A stretch of DNA of 64,000 nucleotides, taken from a bacterium (GTDB lineage: Bacteria; Patescibacteriota; Patescibacteriia; Patescibacteriales; GWC2-42-12). Both the position numbers and the translations under genes were made by a program. Position 1 is the first letter of the stretch. Every line of letters begins with the position of its first letter. The notes beneath the pieces were generated by a model. That model did not search any database. It was not told where the DNA came from and saw only the letters and a list, made by a program, of their open reading frames with translations. Below are positions 45,393 through 55,314 of the stretch, one piece after another. The stretch lies in assembly GCA_030650415.1 (NCBI GenBank), contig JAUSEG010000011.1, positions 1,687 to 65,686 on the forward strand, read 5' to 3'.

Positions 45393-46733
45393 ATGAATAA
45401 TAAACTCAAAAAATTAGTTTTATTCGGCGGAGACATAGTTCTCCTGTATTTTTCCTTATATTTAACCCTTATAATTAGATACTGGGGAAAATATACGGAT
45501 CTGACCTGGTCTAATCATTTTTGGCCATTTACTCTGATCTTTATCCTCTGGGTACTGATTTTTTACATTTCCAATCTTTACAATCTTAATCTGGCCGTAA
45601 ATAATTTTAAATTTTACCAATCAAGCGGCCGCGCCATAATAATTTCCGGGCTGGTTTCTTTGGCTTTTTTCTATTTATTACCCCAAGTCGGCATCGCGCC
45701 AAAAAGAAATCTATTCATCTACATTATAGTTTTCGCGGCTATTTTCTATCTCTGGCGCCAATTTTATAATTGGTCGTTAAAGTCATATCTGCCCAAAATA
45801 AATATCGGCATAGTCGGCTATAATAATTTAACGGCGGAAATTATAAATGAGTTTAAACAGAAGCCTCATCTCGGCTATAACTTAAGCTTTATCGTTGACG
45901 ATAAAACGCAGACCGGAACTCAGCCGATTTCCGAATTGGAAGAATTAATCGCTAATAATAAACTGGATACCATAATATTATCCAGCGACCCGCACCAGTC
46001 GGAAAGTTTAAGAACCGCTTTATTTAACAGCTTGCCTTATAAAATTAGCTATATTAGCCTGCCGAATTTTTACGAAACCATTACCGGCAAAGTTCCGCTG
46101 GATTCGGTTAATCAAATGTGGTTTCTAGAAAACTTGAATGAAAATAATAAAATTTGGTTTAACCGGCTGAAAATAATCTATGATTTTATTCTGGCCTTAA
46201 TAATTTTTATTATCACTTTGCCTTTTTGGATTATCATCGCGATAATAATAAAAATTGAAAGCCGCGGACCGATTTTTATTATTATGGAACGACTGGGAAA
46301 AAATAATAAAGTTTTTAAATTGATAAAATTCAGGACTATGCGGGAAGAAGACAATGATCGCTCGCCCACCCGGGCTAATGATCCGCGTATTACTAAATTC
46401 GGTAATATTTTAAGAAAAACCAGGCTTGACGAACTGCCACAGGTAATAAATATTTTGCGCGGTGAAATGAGCTTTGTCGGTCCGAGGCCGGAACGGCCGG
46501 AATTATCTGAAAATCTGGAAAAGCAGATCCCCTTCTATGGCCAGAGAACCTTGGTTAAACCCGGCCTAACCGGTTCCGATCAAATCTCCGGCGAATACCA
46601 TTCGCCATCGCAAGCCGACAGCTTAAAAAAATTGCAATACGATCTCTTCTATATAAAAAACCGGTCCATATTTCTGGACCTGGCTATTATTTTAAAAACT
46701 ATCGCGACGGTTTTAAGCCGAAAGGGAATGTAA
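45393..46733 (+). CDS. Polyprenyl-phosphate sugar-1-phosphate transferase (WcaJ/WbaP family)
   Basis: N-terminal TMs; KFRTM, DPRIT..G..LRKTRLDELPQ, GEMSFVGPRPE, VKPGLTG. Confidence 0.92.
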   Translation: MNNKLKKLVLFGGDIVLLYFSLYLTLIIRYWGKYTDLTWSNHFWPFTLIFILWVLIFYISNLYNLNLAVNNFKFYQSSGRAIIISGLVSLAFFYLLPQVGIAPKRNLFIYIIVFAAIFYLWRQFYNWSLKSYLPKINIGIVGYNNLTAEIINEFKQKPHLGYNLSFIVDDKTQTGTQPISELEELIANNKLDTIILSSDPHQSESLRTALFNSLPYKISYISLPNFYETITGKVPLDSVNQMWFLENLNENNKIWFNRLKIIYDFILALIIFIITLPFWIIIAIIIKIESRGPIFIIMERLGKNNKVFKLIKFRTMREEDNDRSPTRANDPRITKFGNILRKTRLDELPQVINILRGEMSFVGPRPERPELSENLEKQIPFYGQRTLVKPGLTGSDQISGEYHSPSQADSLKKLQYDLFYIKNRSIFLDLAIILKTIATVLSRKGM

Positions 46734-46758
46734 TATAAAAATTAACAAAACTATTTTT

Positions 46759-47436
46759 TTAATCCTTTAATTGCCTAACGATTTCAAACGCCTCGGCGTT
46801 TTTATAACCAACCTCTAAGCCCCGATACTGCGCCAAAATTCTTATGCCTTCTTTTGAACGAGGATGCGGATAAGCTTTCAATTCTTCTCGGTAAACTTCC
46901 ATGGCCTTCATTTTTTGATTAATAAAATTATCGATGTCATTATAATAAGTCGGGCAGAACAAACTCTTTTTCTTTTTCGCCTGCCATTCGGTTGACGACA
47001 GAACCTCAAAGGCCAAAATATTTTTAACAAAAAACTTCGGCTGCGGCCGGCAGGCGGTCATTACCGCCTGAAAAGTCAGGCGATGGTCAATATTTAAATC
47101 ATCGCCAAAATGCGTGTAGACTAAAGACGGTTTTATCGCATAAACTATTTTTTCCACCTTTTTCACGATTTCCAAAAGCGGTACGGAATCAAATTTATTA
47201 TCAGGCAAGGTCTCTAAAAAAACTTTTCCGGCTCCCAGTATTTTAGCGGCCAGCTTGGCTTGATTGGCTCTCTTTTTAATATCGGCGGCATTGGCGCCCC
47301 TGGAAGTAACACCGTCGCCTAAGAGCAAAATGCTTACTCTATCACCGGCCTTGGCGTGTTTTAAAATTGTGCCGCCGGCGCCGATGACTTCATCGTCCGG
47401 ATGAGCGGCAATCACTAAAATTTTATTTCTACTCAT
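46759..47436 (-). CDS. PIG-L/LmbE-family deacetylase
   Basis: AHPDDE, DLNIDH, YPHPRS. Confidence 0.88.
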   Translation of the reverse strand: MSRNKILVIAAHPDDEVIGAGGTILKHAKAGDRVSILLLGDGVTSRGANAADIKKRANQAKLAAKILGAGKVFLETLPDNKFDSVPLLEIVKKVEKIVYAIKPSLVYTHFGDDLNIDHRLTFQAVMTACRPQPKFFVKNILAFEVLSSTEWQAKKKKSLFCPTYYNDIDNFINQKMKAMEVYREELKAYPHPRSKEGIRILAQYRGLEVGYKNAEAFEIVRQLKD

Positions 47437-48157
47437 ATAATTTCTGATTAGTTAATAAATCTTGTTTTGTGATATTGCCTGACATTAAAACTTCTAAACT
47501 CCTATCGCCTTCATTAAATAATAAATCAATAATGCTCATACAGGGCGAAAAACCTTTCCCTAACTGCTTATACTTCGGGTGATTGTAATCTTGAAAATAT
47601 ATTTTGACGCCGGCCGCAACGAATTTTTCCTTTTCGGCATAATCTTTGCCTAAAGCGCCAAAAATATAAATATCGGCTTTTAGCTTTTTGCACATATCTA
47701 ATACCAACTCCGATTTATAGCCTTGAAATTTTAACTCCGAGGCCTTAGAATAATCAACTTTGATCCCCAACTGCTCTAAAAACCACTTCAGCATATATTC
47801 ATTAAGCTCGGATAAAAACTGCCAATCTCTTTTGTAAGTCTGCTCTAAAAATTCCGCGTATTTATCAAAATAAGGGGCTTTTTTATAATTTAAATAAATG
47901 GATTTCCAATGTTTTTTCCGCCAGTCCAGGCCGTTATTAATTTCTATCTCCCCAATTTTTTTTTCACGATAACCGTTAGTTAAAACCGGCACGGTTAACC
48001 AAATGTCGCCGTTAGCGGTTTTTATTTTATTTCGACTATTAAAATCCTTAACTTGATATTGCACATCGTCAAAATAGCAATAAGCGTCACTGCAGGCGAT
48101 CTTATGGAAAAGGCCCAACCAAGGCAGGTAAACTGGTTGATGAGCGGTTAGAATCAT
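47429..48157 (-). CDS. WbqC-family protein
   Basis: HQPVYLPWLG.F.KI, RNKI, WLTVPV, Y.KAPYF, SIIDLLFN. Confidence 0.9.
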   Translation of the reverse strand: MILTAHQPVYLPWLGLFHKIACSDAYCYFDDVQYQVKDFNSRNKIKTANGDIWLTVPVLTNGYREKKIGEIEINNGLDWRKKHWKSIYLNYKKAPYFDKYAEFLEQTYKRDWQFLSELNEYMLKWFLEQLGIKVDYSKASELKFQGYKSELVLDMCKKLKADIYIFGALGKDYAEKEKFVAAGVKIYFQDYNHPKYKQLGKGFSPCMSIIDLLFNEGDRSLEVLMSGNITKQDLLTNQKLYE

Positions 48158-48186
48158 ATAATCGGACCTAACTGGCTGAGTTAAAT

Positions 48187-49497
48187 TTAATTATTATTTT
48201 TATTTTTTTCTAATTGTTTGACAATAAGTTTTTCAACTTCTTCACTGGGAAAATCGTCAATATCGCGTTCGCGCCACTTTTTTTGCGCTAACATAATATA
48301 AGGCTCAATCAGTTGCCAATCTTCTCCGGGAAAATTTTTCCGAGAATTATCCTGACGAAAACAAAGTCCGGTTATCCAGTAAAGCGGAGAGATCATCAAT
48401 TTTAGATTACCCCAGCCTTCCATGGTTGTTGGTGGAACGAATTTTGGATAACCGTCTACTCCGTTGACTGCGTCTTGGTACATTGGCGTCCCCGGATAAG
48501 GCGCGTAATTAAAAATAGAAACCCGGGCGTTCGGATCGTTCTCTATCAACCAATCTATCATATCTAAAGTATCATTAAGTTGAGCCTTGGTTTCTCTGGG
48601 CATATGCGCCATAAAACTATACATCACCGATATCCCCGATCCTCGAAAAAGCTTAGCCGCATTTTTTATTGTCGCTACGCCTTCGCCCTTTCTGATAATA
48701 TTTCTTAGAAAAAAATCATTGCCTGACTCACAGCCGATTTCTAAAGAATAACAATTCGATTTAGCCAAAGCTTCGACCATTTCTGGGGTAATATAATTAG
48801 CGCGAATATTGCCATCCCATTTCACCTTAATATCTCTCATAATTTCCCCAATCTGGTTAATTCTCTCAACGCGATCTATTGCCACCATTTTGCCGCCGAC
48901 CCTATAAACACCGCAAGCAATATTAGGGTCAGAGAAGGACATCTCCTTAAAACCAATATCTTTATGGATAATCTTTAATTCTCGGTCTACATCATTAATA
49001 TCTTTGGGCTCCCAGGGAGAACTCAAAGTGCAAAACGAACAACCGAAAGGACAGCCGCGAGAAGTAAAATATTGCATATCGGTCCGCTGAAAATGAATTT
49101 TAGTATGCTCATTGTAGGGGAATAAGTCTTCTCCGTAAACTCTCTCGGTCCAAATTTTATCTACAAAAGGTTCGGCCAAAACTTGCTCCGGCAGAATACG
49201 GGCGTGGTGGCCGCCAAGACCGGCGGTAATGCCGGGTTTAATTTTTTTCGCCAGCTTTAAAATCCTGGCTGCGCGGCCGGTTTGATAACCAGTAAAAGCA
49301 CTGACGCCGATTTCTTTCGAACGTTTTATTAAATCCATGAGCATCTCGTCAGAATCAAACCGCTCGTCAAAATATTCAACTCTAAGCCCCTGCTTTTCAA
49401 ACATCGCTCCGGGAAATAAAATTGATAAAGGCAAATACTTAGTCGGAGAATCTTGAGTTGGCTTGGGATAAGCCAATAAAATGTCGATTAATTTCAT
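48187..49497 (-). CDS. B12-binding-type radical SAM protein
   Basis: SRGCPFGCSFC; N-terminal GVS...LGGHH cobalamin-domain-like region; GCESG, PYPGT. Confidence 0.8.
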   Translation of the reverse strand: MKLIDILLAYPKPTQDSPTKYLPLSILFPGAMFEKQGLRVEYFDERFDSDEMLMDLIKRSKEIGVSAFTGYQTGRAARILKLAKKIKPGITAGLGGHHARILPEQVLAEPFVDKIWTERVYGEDLFPYNEHTKIHFQRTDMQYFTSRGCPFGCSFCTLSSPWEPKDINDVDRELKIIHKDIGFKEMSFSDPNIACGVYRVGGKMVAIDRVERINQIGEIMRDIKVKWDGNIRANYITPEMVEALAKSNCYSLEIGCESGNDFFLRNIIRKGEGVATIKNAAKLFRGSGISVMYSFMAHMPRETKAQLNDTLDMIDWLIENDPNARVSIFNYAPYPGTPMYQDAVNGVDGYPKFVPPTTMEGWGNLKLMISPLYWITGLCFRQDNSRKNFPGEDWQLIEPYIMLAQKKWRERDIDDFPSEEVEKLIVKQLEKNKNNN

Positions 49498-49507
49498 AAT
49501 TTTATAA

Positions 49508-50197
49508 TTAATTTTTTCTCGCAATTATTATATATTCATCAAATTGCGCCGTTTTGTTCTTTTTGTCATAAACTTCATATAGTGAATGGCGCATAATATT
49601 TTCAATTTTAAATTTAAAAAATAATTTAATGATCTCTTTTTTGGTAAAAAAATGCGCTATGCCGGAATTATAAAAACTACTGCCCGGCTTAAAATCTTCA
49701 TAAGTCTCAGACCCAATTTTTTCCCCCATTTTTATATCGGGATGAAATTCATTAAATACAAAACTGACGAATAGCCCGCCGGTTTTTAATTTTTTATAAA
49801 CTTGGTTTAAGACTAGTCTTATATCCTCCGAATTATTAGCGTACAAACTCTCCCGGTCCAAGCAAGCGTCAAAATAATCATCGGGGTAAGGCAAGGCGGT
49901 AAAATCGCCTTGGCGGAAATCCGCTTTTAGCCCCAACTTTTTAAATTTTTTCCGGCAATGTTCAACCGCCGACAAAGCGCCGTCCAGGCCATAGGCGCTA
50001 AACCCTTGTTCGGCAAAAAATTTTGAGTGATTGCCCGCGCCACTGCCCAAATCCAATATTTTAATTTTTCGCCTTTTAGCTGGTTTAAAGCGATAAAAAT
50101 TCTTGGCGAAAATACTGACTACCAAATCATAAGGATATTCGTTAAGCTGCCGACGGCGACTATAAATATTTTTTTCCCATTTTTCATCAAAAGCCAT
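49508..50197 (-). CDS. Class I SAM methyltransferase
   Basis: ILDLGSGAGN, LPYPDDYFD. Confidence 0.85.
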   Translation of the reverse strand: MAFDEKWEKNIYSRRRQLNEYPYDLVVSIFAKNFYRFKPAKRRKIKILDLGSGAGNHSKFFAEQGFSAYGLDGALSAVEHCRKKFKKLGLKADFRQGDFTALPYPDDYFDACLDRESLYANNSEDIRLVLNQVYKKLKTGGLFVSFVFNEFHPDIKMGEKIGSETYEDFKPGSSFYNSGIAHFFTKKEIIKLFFKFKIENIMRHSLYEVYDKKNKTAQFDEYIIIARKN

Positions 50198-50205
50198 ATC
50201 TATAA

Positions 50206-50637
50206 TTACTTTATATTTTTAAAATAACTATCTTTTATTACGAAGGGGTTGCCAATCACCAAGGAATATGGAGGAATCTGGCATGGTTTGGCAATAATTG
50301 TCCCGGCGGCTACCACGCTGTGATGGCCGATATGAACACCGCCGCCGATAAAAGAATGGGAACCGACGAAAACATTATTTTCTAAGGTTATATTCTGCCT
50401 TATGATCCCAGAAGCCTTCTCAATCGCTTTGTTGTGTGAATCCGCCACATTAATGCTCACAAAAGATGCAATATCACAGTTATCGCCGATTTTTAATATG
50501 GCACCTTTCGCGTTTATTTCTGAAAGCAAGCCAACATTAATATTTTTCCCGAATTCAGGCTCGCCACCCACATAAACCAAAGGGTGAAATTTATTTATCG
50601 GCATTTTAATTAGTTTGGCAATAATTTTTTTTAGCAT
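50206..50637 (-). CDS. Hexapeptide-repeat acyltransferase
   Basis: IGDNCDI, VFVGSHSFI..GVHIG..SVVAAG, GNP. Confidence 0.8.
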   Translation of the reverse strand: MLKKIIAKLIKMPINKFHPLVYVGGEPEFGKNINVGLLSEINAKGAILKIGDNCDIASFVSINVADSHNKAIEKASGIIRQNITLENNVFVGSHSFIGGGVHIGHHSVVAAGTIIAKPCQIPPYSLVIGNPFVIKDSYFKNIK

Positions 50638-50641
50638 AAAA

Positions 50642-51700
50642 TTATAAATCTAATTTAGTAAAAATATAACCCTGGTTATAATTTTTTTTAGCAATTTTAC
50701 CGGCTATTCTTGGTAAATATTCCGGCGGTAAACCTGTACCCGGCCTTTTAATCTCTAAATCTTTCGCGGTTATCTTTTGGCCTTTTTTAATCGCTAGCGC
50801 CGCGATGACACTGCGCCGAGCGATATCTCTGATTTTTTTTTCTTCCTTTGATAAAACTATTTGGGAGTTGCCAAGTATTTTCTCGGCCTGGCGTACTTGA
50901 TGAACTAATACGGACAATTCTTTCGGATCAGCGGCAAACCAATGATCTGGTCCGGCAAAATTATGATTAAGAGTAAAATGTTTTTCAATTAAAACCGCGC
51001 CCATAGCCGTGGCAACGACCGCTGCACTTAGCCCTTCTGTGTGATCGGAAAAACCGACAAGACAATCGCTAAAAACTTTTTGCAGTGTCTTAATCTGGTT
51101 TAAATTCGCCTCCTGAGGCGACGTAGGATAAAGCGAAGTACATTTTAGTATAATTATTTTATTGTTTCCAGCTTTTTTTATTACCCGAACCGCGCTCCTT
51201 ACTTCGCTTAGAGACGCCATGCCGGTAGAAATTATCATTGGCTTTCGCATTTTGGCATAATATTCGAGCATCGGCAGATTGGTCAAATCATCAGAGCCGA
51301 CTTTTATAGCCGGCATATTAATCTCGCGGCTGCAAAGATAATCAACTGTTTTAAAACTGTTGTCCTGGGGGGAGGAAAAAAGTATAACATCGTTTTTCTT
51401 TGCATAATCAAAAAGTAACTTTTGCTCTTTCTGATTTAGCTCACATCGCTTAAACATTTTATATTGCACCTCGGTTTCCTTTTGACCGCGGCTTTTATAA
51501 GTATAGGTTGAAATTTTATCGCCGACAAAATCTTCGGTAATAAAAGATTGCATTTTTACCGCGTCAGCGCCAGCCCTTTTAGCCGCTAAAATCATTTTTT
51601 TAGCCAGATTGATACTGCCGTTATGATTAAGGCCAAGCTCGGCCACTATAAAAACTGGTTGGTTTTTGCCTATTATTTTATTGACAATTTTTATTTCCAT
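50642..51700 (-). CDS. NeuB/PseI-family nonulosonic acid synthase with SAF domain
   Basis: AELGLNHNG, GADAVK.Q, KVGS, STGM, SDHT, EKHFTL, KRPGTG. Confidence 0.92.
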   Translation of the reverse strand: MEIKIVNKIIGKNQPVFIVAELGLNHNGSINLAKKMILAAKRAGADAVKMQSFITEDFVGDKISTYTYKSRGQKETEVQYKMFKRCELNQKEQKLLFDYAKKNDVILFSSPQDNSFKTVDYLCSREINMPAIKVGSDDLTNLPMLEYYAKMRKPMIISTGMASLSEVRSAVRVIKKAGNNKIIILKCTSLYPTSPQEANLNQIKTLQKVFSDCLVGFSDHTEGLSAAVVATAMGAVLIEKHFTLNHNFAGPDHWFAADPKELSVLVHQVRQAEKILGNSQIVLSKEEKKIRDIARRSVIAALAIKKGQKITAKDLEIKRPGTGLPPEYLPRIAGKIAKKNYNQGYIFTKLDL

Positions 51701-52308
51701 ATATATTTCCCTTGCTTTATTTGCTTAACGCCAGTTTCTTCTAGTTTAATCCGCTCACTCATAGCACGACTCCAATAGGCCAGGTCAATAATTTTCTTCC
51801 ATTTTTTTTCGCCATATTTTAAGACAACCGCTTCAGCCGAGATTAATTTAATTTTCGCCACCCTTTCCAAGCTCTTAACATCTGGGGCCAGCGCCAGCAT
51901 AGCTTTAATTCTTTTAAAATGGTACCGATTCGATATAATAGCGGCCTGCCTTATTTTATTTTTCTTAATTATGCTTTTTAAGGCTTTAAGCTGCCCATAA
52001 GTATTTCCAGATTTGGTCTCTATGCTAATTCCTCGAGCCGGAACAGCTAAATTTATTAATTCGCTCTTTATTACTTTGGCCACGGCCGGTGATCCAGAAA
52101 TATTTTTTAATTGGCCACGGCCGCCCAGCACTATAAAAAACGAATTCTTATTTTCCCGATATAGATAGGCGGCGGCTATCACCCTTAATCTATCGCCGCT
52201 AACTCCAAAATTATCACCCTCATCATAATTAGTAGTCCGCCAAATACCAGCATCATTTATTAAAGCGCCTCCCAGAATAAAAATCACTTGTTTAACGACT
52301 TTTTCCAT
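51691..52308 (-). CDS. YdcF/DUF218-family protein
   Basis: ILGG, RL..A, GG.G, ETKSGNT, SN.YH..R. Confidence 0.75.
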   Translation of the reverse strand: MEKVVKQVIFILGGALINDAGIWRTTNYDEGDNFGVSGDRLRVIAAAYLYRENKNSFFIVLGGRGQLKNISGSPAVAKVIKSELINLAVPARGISIETKSGNTYGQLKALKSIIKKNKIRQAAIISNRYHFKRIKAMLALAPDVKSLERVAKIKLISAEAVVLKYGEKKWKKIIDLAYWSRAMSERIKLEETGVKQIKQGKYIWK

Positions 52309-52311
52309 AAA

Positions 52312-53637
52312 TTATGTCAATCTGATAAATTTAGTATGAGCCACGGGTCCTTGCAGCAATTCCTTAACTTTATTTTTTAGAACCGCTTGTCTAATTACGG
52401 CAAAAACTTCCTGTACCGCATGTAAATATTTTTTAGCTTGCTCTTCTTTTAAGGCGTAACTTATATCTATACTACCGTTGGCTAAAAAACCGCGTTTCAA
52501 CATTTCCTGAGTAAATAAGGTCATAACCGCCTGGCTATTTGAACCGTAATCAAAGGCCAAACCAATTAATTGAGGAAAGCCGCCAATCTCCAGTTTCACG
52601 CCTAATTTTTCCGCTTGTTGCCGCAGACCGTTTTTTATAATCAGACCAATTTTTTCTAAATGGCTTGGTACTTTTTTGTCTAACATTTTCCTAATGGTCG
52701 CTAAAGCGGCGGTCGGGCCAATGCGTTCGCTCCAACTAGAGCTCGAAATAAATGAATCCTGTGCGGCTTGCATAACCTTAGCTTTACCAATAATCGCGGC
52801 CATTGGAAAACCATTGCTCATACCCTTAGCGAAAACCGCTATGTCTGGATTAACTCTGTATTTAAGATGAGCGCCGCCAACATTTAACCTCCAGCCGATG
52901 GTTACTTCATCAAAAATTAAAACCGCCCCGACGCGGTCAGCAATTTTTCTAACTTTTTCTAAAAAGCCATTTTTCGGCTCATGATCTCTCATCGGCTCCA
53001 TGGCAATAACGCCGATATCGTCATTTTCAGCCACGATTTTTTCTAGTTCCTCGATCTTATTATAATTAAACGGTATGACCGTGCCGGCTAAAGCGCGCGG
53101 CGCGCCCTTAGGCGCTAAACCGGGTAATAAATGACCGTCTAAATTTTTGTCATTGGCTAAATTAGCGGCTAAATACCAATCATGCCAGCCATGATAGCCG
53201 CAAAAAGCGATTCTGTCTTTGCCGCTGTAAGCTCGCCCAATTCTAACCGCCACGGCCATGGCTTCGCCGCCGCCCCTGGCGTATCTTACCATCTTCGCCC
53301 AAGGATGCAGGCGGCAGAGCAATTCGGCCAGTTCCACTTCTTCGGGCGGGTTCAAAGTTGAGATATTACTTTGATCAATGGCTTTTTTTACCGCTCGGTT
53401 GACGTCTTCATCCGCGTAACCTAATATGCTGGCGCCGATACTGGCGCAGGTATCAATATATCTATTGCCGTCTAGATCCCAAACCATAACGCCTTTAGCT
53501 TTTTTAAAATATGACGGCCACTGTTCGGGCAAGAAAAGTTCGGCACGCTTGGACAATAATTGCGAACCGCCCGGAATTATTTTTTTCGCCCGGCGCCAAA
53601 GCGCCTGGCCTTTTTTAAGATTTTTTAGATTTTTCAT
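52312..53637 (-). CDS. Class III PLP aminotransferase (GSA-aminomutase-like)
   Basis: IPGG, DLDGN.YID, GYHGW, FDEV..G.R, FAKGMSNG.P. Confidence 0.88.
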   Translation of the reverse strand: MKNLKNLKKGQALWRRAKKIIPGGSQLLSKRAELFLPEQWPSYFKKAKGVMVWDLDGNRYIDTCASIGASILGYADEDVNRAVKKAIDQSNISTLNPPEEVELAELLCRLHPWAKMVRYARGGGEAMAVAVRIGRAYSGKDRIAFCGYHGWHDWYLAANLANDKNLDGHLLPGLAPKGAPRALAGTVIPFNYNKIEELEKIVAENDDIGVIAMEPMRDHEPKNGFLEKVRKIADRVGAVLIFDEVTIGWRLNVGGAHLKYRVNPDIAVFAKGMSNGFPMAAIIGKAKVMQAAQDSFISSSSWSERIGPTAALATIRKMLDKKVPSHLEKIGLIIKNGLRQQAEKLGVKLEIGGFPQLIGLAFDYGSNSQAVMTLFTQEMLKRGFLANGSIDISYALKEEQAKKYLHAVQEVFAVIRQAVLKNKVKELLQGPVAHTKFIRLT

Positions 53638-54418
53638 GTTTTCGTTTATTTTTTAAATATATTTTATCTTTTTTTAAAATCTTAAAGATACCCTGGTTTC
53701 TTTTAATTTTCATATTTTTAAGCATAGCTTCCGGATGTTTGGTTAAAAGCGAAATATAGTTTAAATAGCTATCGGTAATTTTACTGTTCTCTATGACGAA
53801 TTTTACCACCTCAAAATCTTCCGGCTCGTCCACGGTTAAACGGAAATGCGACCAGTCATAAGGAGCGGCGTAATTGCCTTTTTTATATTTTTTATAGCGA
53901 AACATGTATTCATTTACTTCTTCGCGGTCGGAAGGCAGTTCAGCTTTTTTAGCCGTCTCATGTAAAATGCGCTTTTTAAAAATTTCCGTATCCATGCCGT
54001 CGGGAAAAGTTTCGTGGCCGGGCAAAGCGTTAGAAGCGTAGTCATAATCGCTATTTTCAAAAAAAGATATTGTCTGGTCAATCACCGCCGGGTCAATCAG
54101 CGGGCAATCTGCCGTAACCCGCAAAACATTGCCATACTTAGGATGTTTAAGCGAGCATTGATAAAAACGATCCAGAACGTCATCTTCGGAGCCGCGGTAG
54201 CATTCCATGCCGATTTTTTTACATAATTTTTCTATGCCGTCATTTTCCTTATTTTTGGAGGTCGCTACCATTATTTTACCAATTTTTTTTGCCTGTTTGA
54301 CGCGCTTTATCTGGTATTCAAGCAAAGGCGTTCCGTTGACTTTCATAAGAACTTTGCCGGGCAGTCTGGTGGACCCCATACGGGCCTGGATGATGCATAA
54401 ATTTTTTATTTTTTCCAT
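53615..54418 (-). CDS. SpsF-like cytidylyltransferase
   Basis: IIQARMGSTRLPGKVL, GSEDDVLDR, RVTADCPLID, RLTVDEPED. Confidence 0.9.
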   Translation of the reverse strand: MEKIKNLCIIQARMGSTRLPGKVLMKVNGTPLLEYQIKRVKQAKKIGKIMVATSKNKENDGIEKLCKKIGMECYRGSEDDVLDRFYQCSLKHPKYGNVLRVTADCPLIDPAVIDQTISFFENSDYDYASNALPGHETFPDGMDTEIFKKRILHETAKKAELPSDREEVNEYMFRYKKYKKGNYAAPYDWSHFRLTVDEPEDFEVVKFVIENSKITDSYLNYISLLTKHPEAMLKNMKIKRNQGIFKILKKDKIYLKNKRKHEKSKKS

Positions 54419-55314
54419 AGACTTGGGAATATAATATCTTTTTCAATATTAATAAATTTATTTTTTAACTCTTCGAAACATTTCTCGCCATCAATCGGGC
54501 GTTCGGCCAAATTAATAATTTCTTTGAGCTGTTCCAGGTTGTCAACGCCGAAAACCACATAATCAATATCCTTATTTTCTAGGGAAAATAATAAAGCGGT
54601 CTGAGCTCTAGTTAGACCGTAGCGACCGATAATTTCGTCTAAACTTTTAAGATACTCCTTAACTTTTTCTAAAGACGCGGGAATTTTATCTTCACTCATA
54701 AGAAATAAACCTTGCAAAAAAACGCTACGGACAAAAACGGTTTTACCCTTTTTCTTGGCTAGCTGAAAAAAACCTGATTTATCCATTCGTTGATCAAAAA
54801 TGTTATATGGAACTTGGATATAATCAACTTCTTTAAGTTTTGCGGCGTAAATCGCGTCCGCTTCTTCATAAATAGAAACACCAAGATTTTTAATTAATCC
54901 CTGTCTTTTCAGGTCGACCAAGGCACTGACAATTTTATCTTCTCTAATATATTCTGGCGTATGCAAAAGGTAGCCGTCAACGTAATCTCTCTTTAATCTA
55001 CTCAGAGATTCTTCCAAATTACCGAAAATAATATCGCTTATCTTTCCCTTTATCTCCGAAATAATATTAGATTTTAACTTCGTAATTATTTTTATCGCGC
55101 CGCCTAAACCCCGACTTTCGGAAAATTCTCCTAAAATTTCTTCCGCATCCCCATAAGCGCGCGCCGTATCAAAAACCCGAAGGTCTTTTTTGTAAGCGAA
55201 ATCAAGCATAGCCAGAGACTTTTCCCGCGACGGTTTCCCTGTCTGGTTATTAATGCCATAGGCCAGGCCGAATTGCGCCGTACCTAGCGCTAATTTATTT
55301 AATAGGTTTTTCAT
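54406..55314 (-). CDS. Aldo/keto reductase
   Basis: LGTAQFG..YG, DTARAYG.AE, GVSIY, QVPYNIFDQR, RSVFLQGL. Confidence 0.9.
   Translation of the reverse strand: MKNLLNKLALGTAQFGLAYGINNQTGKPSREKSLAMLDFAYKKDLRVFDTARAYGDAEEILGEFSESRGLGGAIKIITKLKSNIISEIKGKISDIIFGNLEESLSRLKRDYVDGYLLHTPEYIREDKIVSALVDLKRQGLIKNLGVSIYEEADAIYAAKLKEVDYIQVPYNIFDQRMDKSGFFQLAKKKGKTVFVRSVFLQGLFLMSEDKIPASLEKVKEYLKSLDEIIGRYGLTRAQTALLFSLENKDIDYVVFGVDNLEQLKEIINLAERPIDGEKCFEELKNKFINIEKDIIFPSLWKK

Noticed and set aside
52312-53637. hemL / tetrapyrrole synthesis
   Set aside because: Context is a sugar-nucleotide cluster beside spsF, with no other hem genes in the window.
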